Source: Zootoca vivipara | Taxonomy: Eukaryota | DNA length: 64,000 nucleotides | Reading direction: 5' to 3' | Assembly (NCBI RefSeq): GCF_963506605.1 | Contig: NC_083289.1 | Location: forward strand, 44,144,001 to 44,208,000 | Part shown: positions 35,768-47,700 of the stretch, piece by piece | Layout of the letters: the number at the start of each line of letters is the position of its first letter | Numbering within the stretch: position 1 is the first letter of the stretch | Notes under the pieces: generated by a model | What the model was told of the DNA's origin: nothing | Seen by the model: the letters and a program-made list of their open reading frames with translations, nothing else | Database searches by the model: none | Program-made: the position numbers and the translations under genes

Positions 35768-38510
35768 AGAACCTGGAGTCATCTAGTGAACCTGAATGTT
35801 GGGAGATCCAGAACCAATAAGAGGAAGCATTTTTTTACACTATGGAGCTCTCCACTACTCGCTGTAGCAATACCCACCAATTAGATTGGCTTTAAAAGAG
35901 GATTGACAAACTTGTGGAGGATAAGGCTACCCATGGCTACTAGTCATCATGATGGCCATGAGGTTCCAGGGTCAGAGGCATTATGTTTCTGAATGCCACT
36001 TCCACATTGGGAATGGGATAGCTTCCTCCAGGTAGGGATGGGGCAGAATTTCAATTTAAGTTCACATTTAAAGGCAAACCCACCAAATTTGCACTTCCTG
36101 TACCAATGCAGGAACTGAAACCTAGCCGTCCTTCGAAATTCACAGTTCTCCAAATTTTGCAATGCCATTCCCCAGCCAAAGAATGCATACAAATACACAA
36201 ACTAGCTTAAAGTGTCCATGAAATGCATATAATAGTAAAAAATGACATACCAAAATATTAGGGGAAATCGCTTTGCAAATATTCTCACATTGGGGGAAAT
36301 TGCATTTAAAAGTGTGTATTCAAAGGAGAAAATCGCACTAAAATGCTGGCCATTTTTTCATCGGACTTTAAAACAAAATCACATACAGCTGCGGAAATGT
36401 GGACAATGAGAAATCAAGACAACTGAAATTGACAGATCCATCGTCCTTACCTTCAGTGTACCTGGCAGCAGTATGCTATTTTAGGGAGTGGATGAACAGG
36501 CCTGTGGTGTGCACAGCTCTGATCTCCAACAGAAGGGCCCTCAAGAGAAATGGATGCTGGGTTCTGCCTACTTTTGCCCATGTACTGCCCACCACTGGCA
36601 TATAGCCCTCAGAAGGTTACCCTGAAGTGAGAGCAGCCCCCAAGCTGAAAGGACCACTTACCTTCCAGGGACGCAGTGACTGTGGTCTGTCAAAGCCCCT
36701 TGGAGGTTGGGGGACACACCTATGTCCCTTGCGGCTGGCCATTTGCTTTGGCCTCAGTCGGCCACGAGGGGCAATGGGATAACCCACCAAGTTATCAAAT
36801 TCAAACTGGCCTATGGTGGCCAGGGTTTGGGGCAGGGCTTCAGCGGTGGACCTGGAGGACAAATGCCTCATTCTGGTCTGCCAGTTAATATTTAAGCCAG
36901 CTGTGCCAGGTGCCAACGGCACAGTCGGGGAAGCTGAACAACCCACCTACCCACCCTGTAAATTGGCAGTGCCCTAAAGGAATGTGGGCAGTGCGTATGA
37001 AGAACCTTATTGTGGAGATAATTGGTCGCCGTATTCATGGCCAGGGAGGGTTCGCCTTCAGACATATTGGGCCAGTGAGGGGTTGTTGGTTTTTTGCCTT
37101 TGTTGTTTGTCCCAATCTTTCACAGAAAAGGCATTGGGTTGTTAATCTGTTCCCGGTGGGTGAGATGCTACCTCACCTCCTTGAGCAGGTGTGATATCTC
37201 AGAGTACCCTGGTAAAGGGGTCTGGGTGGAAGAATCTGTCTGGAAGTTCATGCAGGGTTGGGGGTGGACGGATGAGCCATAGAACTTCCCATATGGCAGC
37301 CCAGGGGGTCACCTTGGTTGACCTGCGTCTGGAGGTGACCCTTAACCTAGGCACAGCCCTGTTCAATGTCAGCCACCCGTCAGGCAGCTGACTAAGGACA
37401 CATACCCAACGTCAAAGCCTACAGACGTCTGTAATCAATAAAATTCCACAACATGGTTGTGTCAGTTTATTCTGGGAGCTCACTGCGCATGGGCCCATGA
37501 AAGATTCCCCACTTCTGTTCCACATAATACACCATGGAGTTTTCGTAAATTAAGAGCATTCGCACCCGGGTCATAGAGCCAACGGTCTGGATAGTGAGCA
37601 TCTTGTTTCCAGCAGCCGATATCTGTACATTTGAATCATCATTCAACAGCACATTACACTAAATGGGTATTCTGTCCACCATTGGCTCACGTCCCAACAC
37701 CTAGCAACTGAAGGATTTCAACATGAGTGTGTTCTCCTGGTGATTCATTCTAAAAGCTATGGCTATTATTCTACAAACATTACATCTGGTTTTGTAGTGC
37801 CTCGATGGCAATCAATGGCCATTGCTTCTTCTTATGCTCATGGGAAGATGGAAAAGATCACTTGAATGGATTCCTAAGACTCACAGCTACCATACTTCTT
37901 AAAGAGCTCCAATGTTTTTATTTTCTCAGTGCCAGAAGGCTTTCCAAAAGACCGTCTCTGTATCCACCCAGGTGAGCTGTAGCCTTCTGAAAATTGTATC
38001 AAGGTAGAGTGATATTGGGAGGGAAGAAATAATATACAGAAAAATTAGTGCCTGAGATAGCATTTTTACAGCACAATCCTTTAGATGGCTGTTCAAACCC
38101 AATCCCCATTGAGTTCAATGGGACTTGCTCCTAGGGAGCCTTAGATTTAAATCATATACACGCTTCTCTGGGAGCAAGTTCCATTGAACTTAATGGGACT
38201 TACTTCTGATTAAACATGCATAGAGTTGCACTGTACATTTCTAAGCAGACAAAGTGGCATTTAAGGGCATCCTTTGATTATTTTATAGATCTTATTTTTT
38301 CAGTGTGCTACCTACCTGTGTGGGAAGGGAACACCCTTACAAGAACAGTTTACCAAATACATAAGAATACAACAGCAAAAACCAGTCACAAAAGTATTTC
38401 CTGACTTTAAAAGAAACATTTTCAAACTATGTTTTGAAAGCACAAATGTAGCTTTCTTAATAAGCTGCTATCATGGTGTCAAGCGCCCTTAGTGTACAAT
38501 GTTTTGTTTT

Positions 38511-38574
<64 letters not shown>

Positions 38575-38576
38575 AA
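38511..38576. repeat. (AAAG)n microsatellite
   Basis: About 16 perfect units. Confidence 0.95.
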
Positions 38577-38624
38577 TTGAAAAAAAGCATGCTTACCATA
38601 AACTCTTAACAGTGATAATTTGAT

Positions 38625-38692
38625 TCAGGAAACAGGATGCAGGATGAAAGCCGTAAACACCCAAAGACTTAAACTGCAGGAAATTAGAGCAC
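38625..38692 (-). CDS. OTOA: OTOA last coding exon (GPI-signal-like hydrophobic tail and stop)
   Basis: ctcttttcag acceptor; (S)[24 protein letters not shown], in phase with the previous exon. Confidence 0.75.
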
Positions 38693-41600
38693 CTGAAAAG
38701 AGAATGTTGTATTGTGAATTAACAGCATCTCTAACTTGCACATATAGTGAATTCAGCTATCTGAGAAAACATAGGGGAAGGATTCAGAGAGGTCATTATC
38801 TCGACTGAAATTGGCCTATTAGTAATGCATGCTGCTAGCTATAGCAGTCATCTCTTTGCTCCAGGGGACTCTCCCAGCAGTAAGCACTTTGCTCCAGTTG
38901 ACTTGCTTCCTGTTCAGCGCAAACCATAGTTTGCTATTACATCGGAACAAAATAAACAATGGTTTGTGATTACCTTCCAAATCAGAAATGGAAACCACGT
39001 TCAAGCCACATTGAAAGTTGTTTTGCAAATGCAACCAGTTTCCTGGTTTAGGTGGAATAGCAAACTATAATTTACACTATACAGGAAGTAAATGAATTGC
39101 AGTGCTGCTGAGAGTATGGAGTACAAAGAAAAATATTATGGGGTATAGGCAAAGCATTACAGCATTACATCTACACCTCTTACTAGAGTTTGGAGGACAT
39201 ACCTAATGTAATGGGAATTCCAGAAAAACAAAAAAAAGTAGTGTTTTAGACTACTGAGCTTTGTGATGTCACAAGCAATATGTGCCTTATCTACGTTACA
39301 TAGGTAGAAACGACAAACTAGCTGCAGTGTGTGGTTAAAAGAGCAGGAAATGACTAAGATCCTTTGAGAAGATACAGCAGATATAAAAGGAGCATTGCCA
39401 GATCATTTGGGAAATGGGAACTTCTTCAGTGCCTCAATGAAGGAGAGATAATGAAGTTCCACTGTCAGCTGACAGCTGTTTTTGCTCCACGGAAACCCAG
39501 AGGGAGGATACTGGTAGCAGCATCTGTGCTCTCTTGAGAGATTATCCCTGAAGAATCAACGAGCTAGTGAATACAAGGAAATTTGATTTACTCTGTTTGT
39601 ACCAAGCTAGGGGAATAGTAGTCACCTGTAGCAACGCATGACGTCACAGACAGGGATGATGTTGCCAAAGTTGCCATTGAAAAATAAAGAAACCTTGGGA
39701 TGAACCATTGAGGTCCTACGGATCCCATAACTGGGAAGCTGCTTTATACCGAGTTAACATAGGAACATAGTGTTGTGAGGTTGGCAAGCCCTAGACATCA
39801 AAAATTAATACTGTAAATGGTAGGATTTAGATTTTTTTTTAAGATTAAAGGGCAAATTGCTGGCCAGTGGAAAAATTCAGGCTAAGCTTCCTTTCCAAGC
39901 CAGGATAGAGGTGTTAAATTGACAAAAGGAATTGGTGGCCCATCTAAGAAGAATCTTGGGTCTGGGCCAGGGGTCAGCAACCTTTTCCAGCCTTGGGTCA
40001 GTCCACTGTCCCTCAGACCATGTGTTGGGCTGGACTATATTTTTTGGGGGGGGGGGAATGCACAAATTCCTACGCCCCACAAATAACCCAGAGATGAATT
40101 TTAAATAAAAGCACACGTTCTACTCATGTAAAAACACCAGTCAGGCCCCACAAATAACCCAGAGATGCCTTTTAAATAAAAGCACATGTTCTACTCACGT
40201 AAAAACACTAGGCAGGCCCCACAAATAGGGCAATAGGGCAAGCGGGAATTTTTGTGTGTGAGTTTTGGCTACTGCTGGAAGGTGGGGACACAGAGTTTTG
40301 TCTTGCTCTGTGCTGGACCTTAAGCTATGGTGTGATGATCTTGCTGGGAACCTAAAGGGGAAGTGAAGCTGCTGGAGTGCTAATGCTGTGAGCCCCTCCA
40401 TCCTATGCTCAGGTTGCCTATCTGTGTAAATAAACCCATATATCCTAAAGACAACACGGTCTCCACTGACCTTCTTTCCAAGGAAACCAAACATAGTGCT
40501 GGAACCCCTCTCACTGCTCAGTGACCGGGATATGCACAACAATATGAATATAGCCTGAGAGTTGTTATGTTATTATTTTAAACTCACTGTTCTGAACCGA
40601 TGTGTATGTCGGTCTGACTGTGCTCTCATGGAGCGGAAGCTCCTGGATGCTTGTTCTGGCTCCGTCCATCGCCAGCCGAAGACTCTGAAGCTGCAATCCA
40701 TTGAGATGCTGACACTGCAACTCTGTCACCACAGCGGCATTTTCAGGACCAAGGTTTGCTATTTGATCTGGGGACAGCTCCTGGACAAAGCAAAACCAGA
40801 GCTTCATGTTGTTTATTTATGGTGTTCATATCTCAACCTTGTTCACTAAGGAGCTTGGGGTAGTGTGCATGGTTCTCCCCCCATCTCATTTAACCCCCCC
40901 CCACAAGAACCCAGGGAGGGAGGTTAGCCTGAGAGGCAGTGACTGGCCTGAGGTCACACAGCGAGCTTCATGGCTGAGTGGGGATTTGAACCCTGGTCTG
41001 CCAGGTGCTGGTCCAGCACTCTGACGACTACGCCACATCAGCACTCATGAAGGATTTTCCAGTACAGGAGCACTGCACCAGGCGATTGAAAAGTGAGCAG
41101 CACACAGGGCATTGCAGAGTAAATGCATTCAGTAAACAGCACCTAGGAGCCAGTGTGGGGCAGTGGTTCATGTGCTGAACTAGATAAAATGGAGAGGGGG
41201 TGAAGCTGGCATGCTACCTCGAACAACTTGGAGGAAGAGTTGCAACCAGTATTAGCCCTACTCAAAGTAGACCCATTGAAATAAATGGACATGACCAACA
41301 TTGGGGGGGATTTAGTTTGTTTCATTTAGTTAATTTGTTAGGGGTTCTGCATATGTTTGCTTGCGGAGTGAGGGAAATATAATAGTGTAATGCAGTTATA
41401 TCAACATACTTTATTGAACAGATAACATCCTCTGCTTATGTATTTAATTATTCTTGAAAATCCTGTCTGTCTATATCATTTATCATCTATCGTGTGGACA
41501 AGAGTCCAAGAGTATCTGTATTTTCATCTATACAACGTAGAAGGTTGTGTATCTCGCTGGTGTGTGCTGCCAAAGCAGATGCAGGAGCTGAAGAAGGCAA

Positions 41601-44600
41601 TACACCTGCCCAAGCAATCTCCCATATATGACAATTTATCCTCCTAGCGGTTTCTGCTCCATCGTTTCACATCAGCAGCTTCGGAGTCAACCGTCTGTCT
41701 TCATTTGTGCTTGCAAAATGTTACACCAGAAAAACAATGATGCAATCAATGTGATCTGCAAAACGAAGAGATGTCATCGACTGCCTCGGCTGTCGGATCT
41801 TTTCTTCAGGTGCAAAATAATCTGTCGAGTGAGGCCATATTATTAAGCCTTCTTTGAAAACCGGCTACTGTTATAATTGCACAGTAATTATCTTTCCACG
41901 TAGAACAAAGATGGCAATTTGTGCGACTGGCACCTATAATAGCACCTCTGAGTTCTCCTTGATTTTGTAGAACATTCTTCATCTTTCAAAAAATTCTCTT
42001 TTCCCATTTAGAGTTTACAAAAAAGAAAAGGAAAGGATGAGAGAGCCCAGATACTGACTTTCATCAAGAGGAGAGGAGTTTTTTTTTTTTACTTTCTCAA
42101 ACAACAACCCTTGCAGTAGAGGTTGCATCACAAAGCTATTTTTCTTCGGTTAAAAAATCAACAAGCAATATGGTGGAGAGGGTGTGACGCCGAAGTTTAG
42201 TGAAATAGCTCTGCTACATATATGGAACCCCAAGAGACCAATATGGTGGCAACAGCTTTGCTGTGACCCACCTGGGATGGCCTTGCTACTTACCTGTGGA
42301 TCCTGCTTAACCGAGTTCTGACCTGTGTATAAGTCCAGGAATTGCAAATTACATTGGGTTCGCTTTTAAAACACAGAGTAAATGAAAATCTCCTCAATCT
42401 CTACTTCATGTTATGTGCATAACACATTGCTATCATTCACTGGACTTAAAAAAATCCAGCATGCACATGCTATATGCTGCAAAACCCAGGGGAACTCTTT
42501 TATGTCCTTAGCTTCACCACGGAGTAAATGCAACTACAGTATATAGATAGATATCAGCTTTGCTGGAACATGGCCATTGTTACTTATTATTGACTATTTG
42601 TTTATGCTGCCCTTTTACTGTCAGAACAACCCTGTGAGATAAGTTGGGCTAAGAGGTAATAATTGGCCCAAGGTCGCACAGTAAGCTTTGTGGCAAAATG
42701 GGGATTTGAACCCTAGTCTCCTGAGTCCTCGTCTGAAACGCTAACCAAGTGAATGGAACCTTTGGTACCCCCCAGATGTTGTTGGACTGCAACTCCCATC
42801 AGCCCTAGCAAGCATGGCCAATACCCAGGAGTGATGGGAGTTGTAGTGCTGCAGCATCTGGAGGGCCAAAGCTTCCCCACCCCTGCCACTACACCCTGCT
42901 TTAATATTTATAGAGACTTGAGAAGAAGCCCTTCTAAGTGTCTTCCGAATAAAGATACACATTCACGTCACCGTTTATAACAAAGCAGAAGTAATGGGGG
43001 AAAGAATCAAAACATCCACAACACTTACTTTGAAGATTTCATCAGGGATATATTTTATTGCTGTTGGATGGAAATAGGGCATCAATTCTTTATCAAGAGC
43101 TTTTAATTCTTCCCCATTTAAGCCAGCTAGAGAGAAAGGAAAAGATTGAGAGAGTGAGAAAAAGCGATCAGAATGCAGCCTACTTAGTTCACACCACGGT
43201 GGATTAGGTTGAATTTGGGGCAAACGTACATTTCAGAGCCTCTGTATGCTTTAGCTGATCAATATTTGATTCTAAAATGTTTTCAGACACCTTTGGGAAA
43301 TCAGGCCTTTAAGAAAACAAGGAGCTTCTCTGCAGTTAAATGAAAGTTCGATGCGCAACCCTTGTAAAAGTGCACTTTATTAATCCAATTTTCTTTTTCT
43401 TTTGTTTCTGTTTTAAGGGCAAAAGTTGCCATTTCTGCTTGTGCTCTTTCCCATCTCCCATTATTCCGCTTGCAGTCTCCCAAAACATCCATATACAGAA
43501 GGAACATATAAATAAGCTGTGCTACACATATTATGAGCCAATGTCACACAATCCAACATAGCATAGTTGCCAATGTTAGCCATGCTCAGAGTAGGCCCAC
43601 TGAAGTTAATGAACACAAGCAAGTCCTGTCCATTCATTTCAATAGGTCTATTCCGAAGGAATGACACAACCCATAGGGTTGTATCCAACAGCAGTCACAC
43701 TCAGAGCAGACACACTGAAATTAATATCTGTGACTAAGTTAGGTTTCTTCATTTTGGTGGGTCTACTCAGAATAACAGAATTTGTAGAGTTTGAAGGAAC
43801 AACGGGGGTCTTCTAGTCCAACTCCCTGCAATGCAGGGATATTTTGCCCAACATTGGGCTCAAATCCATGACCTTGAGATTAAGAGTCTCATGCTCTACC
43901 GACTGAGCTATCCCAGCTGAGTAAACTTAGTTGGATACAACCCATACTCACCCTGACACATGTCCCATTGAACACAATGGAACATATTTCAAGCAGACAT
44001 GCATAGGATTGCACTTTAAAACTTTTTTTTATTTCAATGGGTTTAATTGCTCCTAACTTGGTTACATTATAAGCCGCCACTACATCCCACCACTATTGGA
44101 TCTAAGGTTAATGGTCGCCAGATACAGGCTAGCAGTTGTTATCAGGAACCTCAATTCATCTTTTCCCTATTTCCCCTTCCGTCTTCTGATACAGAGATAT
44201 AGGCTACAAGGTGGACCACATCCTTGCTACGGATGCGAGCCTCCTTACCTGCAATGTTGCCAGTCTCCTGCAGGATAGATCTGTCCCACCCTGTAGCAAT
44301 TCCAAACACAGACTCTGCCTTCTTCTTAAACTCTTTCAGAACGTTTGTGCTGCATGGCAGAGAGCCAATTCTCGAAACAACAGCACTGCAGAAAGGGCAA
44401 AAGGGGACTGTAATTTTACACAGTTGGAGAAGCCTGAATATTAAAGTAGACTTAGTGGTGCTTCATGCATGAGATTCTTCCTAGACAGCTGTAAGGAATC
44501 ATAATAATATCACGTTCATTTGCACGATGAGTATCTGTATCTATTTTGCTGCTTCCCACAGCTTCCATATATACATGTGCAATTATCACCTGAAAATTTT

Positions 44601-44720
44601 GACACTCGTGGGGCGGCGGAAGAAGCTGTGAAGCAGCTCTGTGCATGAGCTGGATATCAAATGAAAAAAGATGAGATAGCAAATAATATTTAATATGTTG
44701 ATCAAGGCAATCATTTGCAC

Positions 44721-44783
<63 letters not shown>

Positions 44784-47700
44784 GAGTAGGCTAGCACCTG
44801 GCACTAGTTCATGATTCATAGCTTAACATAATAAAAGCCCTGCTTAGGGTTCTCAGGTCAGGAGCATTGCAGACCCTGAGATTGCAGGGCCCAAACCTGC
44901 GACTTTGGGGTAGTCCCTGGTGAAGGCATTCCTTGGTGATGTCATAGGGCAACCCCATGAGATGGAGGTTAATTGAAAGAAGGGAGCAGAGGAAGGCAGA
45001 CACCCCAAAGTGTACCTATGCTGTCATTTGGAGCCAGCCCGTTTGGCTGAAGCTTCAAAGGGAATCTTGCCCACTTGGAGATTCAAGCTCCCCATCCGTC
45101 ACTTGGAGGGGACCAACCAAACCTGGAGACTTCAGGCGAGACTGGAGGTCTGCCAACCCTAGCCCTGTTGGGTTAGGCCAATGGCCCATCTAGTCCAGCA
45201 TCCAGCTTTCACGGTGGTCAGTCAGATGGCTCAATGGGAAGCTCATAAGCAAGACTTGAGTGCCACAGTCCTCTCCCTCACTTGTGATTTGCAGAAACTG
45301 GCAATCGGAGGCAGACTGCCTGCCACAATAGAGGTAGAACAATACACATCATGGCTATTAGCCTTGTCCTCCATGGATTTGTCAAATCCTCTTTTAAAGT
45401 TATCCAATTTGGTGGCCATCACTGCTTGTTGTTGTTGGAGCGAATTCCATAATTCAGTTCTCTGTTGCGTGAAGAGGTCCTCTCCTGAACTTCAGCGTGC
45501 ATACATATTTCCAGTAGTCCCAAGACCTTTTAGTCTCAGCAGGCTTTTAATGTTCAATTGTCAGGGATTCTTAATGATGATTATTTATTTATTTATTTAT
45601 TTATACCCCACCCATCTGGCTGGGTTTCCCCAGTCACTCTGGGCAGCTCCCAACAGAATATTAAAAACACGATCAAACATCAAACATTAAAAGCTTCCCA
45701 ATACAGGGCTGTTTTCAGATGTCTTCTAAAAGTCAGATAGTTGTTTATTTCCTTGACATCTGATGGGAGGGCGTTCCATAGGGCGGGTGACACTACCGAG
45801 AAGGCCCTCTCGCAGTGAGGGAACCACCAGAAGGCCCTCTGAGCTGCTAGCTTTTGAGCTAATATGCTTTTACCAATAAAAAAAATTCCTTCAGTAGCAC
45901 CTTAAAAGACCAACTAAGTTTTTATTTTGGTATGAGCTTTCGTGTGCATGCACACTTCCTCAGATACACTTGAAACACTTGAAGTGTGCATGCACACGAA
46001 AGCTCATACCAAAATAAAAACTTAGTTGGTCTTTAAGGTGCTACTGAATGATTTTTTTTTATTTATGCTTTTACTACTGTTGCTAATACTATTAGTATTT
46101 CACATATTTGTTTTAACTGTATTCTGTTTTAGTACTCTTTATTGTAAGCTTGGGGATTTTTTTTTGGTAAGGAACATTTCTCAGAAAAGTTTATGACTTT
46201 TACTGTTAATATTATTATTTATGTACTCAGTTTATTAGTTGCTTGCTACATGAAGAGTCTCTAAGCAACTTAAAAAAAATAGGAGCTCAACATGCAAAAT
46301 AAAATCAGAGATCACAATAAAAGCCATACAACATTAACTTTTTTCTAATTTATCTCTCGTAAGTGCATTGTTGATGGAAGAAATGTGGTGTTGTACCTGA
46401 ACTCAACTGCATTTATAGATTCGATCTCTGTGGAGTTCAGAGCACAAAGATTATGGCCTAGTCCAGCCAAATCAAAGCTTTTCAAGGTGTCCATTCCTTG
46501 ACCTGAGTCTTCCAGAAAGCCCTGTAAAATTGACCTGGCCTGAAAAACAAACACAACGAAGATCTAACTCAGTTAAAAGCAGTTAAATTAGAAGGTCGCA
46601 ACAAGACTCTGCACCCCAGGAAGCTATGATGCAACTGATTATCATAGAATCAGGATGTCTGCACACAAAATAATGATAAAAGCGGCTTTTGCATTGAAAG
46701 TGAAAAAGAACTTCTTTTAACCCACAATGCATGTTCTAGTCAAATATTGTCCATGAATCAGGATGTCACCGAGGCAAAGAAGGACCTTAAAGGCATCACT
46801 GAAACCTGGTGGGATGAGTCTCGTGATTGGAATGTAGTAACAGAGGGATTCCTGCCAACCTAGCAGTTCGAAAGCACGTCAAAATGCAAGTAGATAAATA
46901 GGAACCGCTACAGCGGGAAGGTAAACGGCGTTTCCATGGGCTGTTCTGGTTTGCCAGAAGCGGCTTTGTCATGCTGGCCACATGACCCGGAAGCTGTACG
47001 CCGGCTCCCTCGGCCAATAATGTGAGATGAGCGCGCAACCCCAGAGTCGGTCACGACTGGACCTAATGGTCAGGGGTCCCTTTACCCTTTAATAGAGGGA
47101 TACAATCTATTTCAGAGAAATAGACCAAACAGGAAAGGAGTAGGATTAGCGTTATATGTCAGGGATGTGTATACCTGTGAAGAGATCCAGGATTTAAAAC
47201 TTCAAAGCCAAGTTGAGTGTATCTGGGTCAAAATCAAGGGAGAGAAAAATAACCGTGATCTCATTGTGGGAGTTTACTATAGATCCCCAAGCCAAACTGA
47301 GGACACAGATGATGCCTTCCTGGAACTGATGGCCAAGCATTCAAAAAGAAGTGAGATAGTAGTAATGGGGGATTTCAACTATCCTGATATTTGTTGGATG
47401 TCAAACTCAGCCAAGAGCATAAGGTCGAACAGATTCCTCACTGCCCTTGCAGACAATTTCATTGTCCAGAAAGTGGGAGAAGCAACAAGAGGATCAGCCA
47501 TTTTAGATCTGGTCCTAACCAATAGTGATGACCTGGTTACTGGGGTAGAAGTGGCAGGATCATTAGGTGGGAGTGACCATGCTCTTCTGGAGTTTATTAT
47601 ACAGCGGAAAGGAACAACCAAGCATACTAAGACTCAAATCCTAGACTTTAAGAAAGCCGACTTCAGAAAACTTAGAGAAACGCTGGGTGAAATCCCATGG

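Noticed and set aside
43846-43917. tRNA-Lys(CTT) gene
   Set aside because: Acceptor and T stems are mutated and the sequence runs into a CR1-type tail; it is a SINE head (likewise 34114, 14500 and the tRNA-like piece at 49655-49730)
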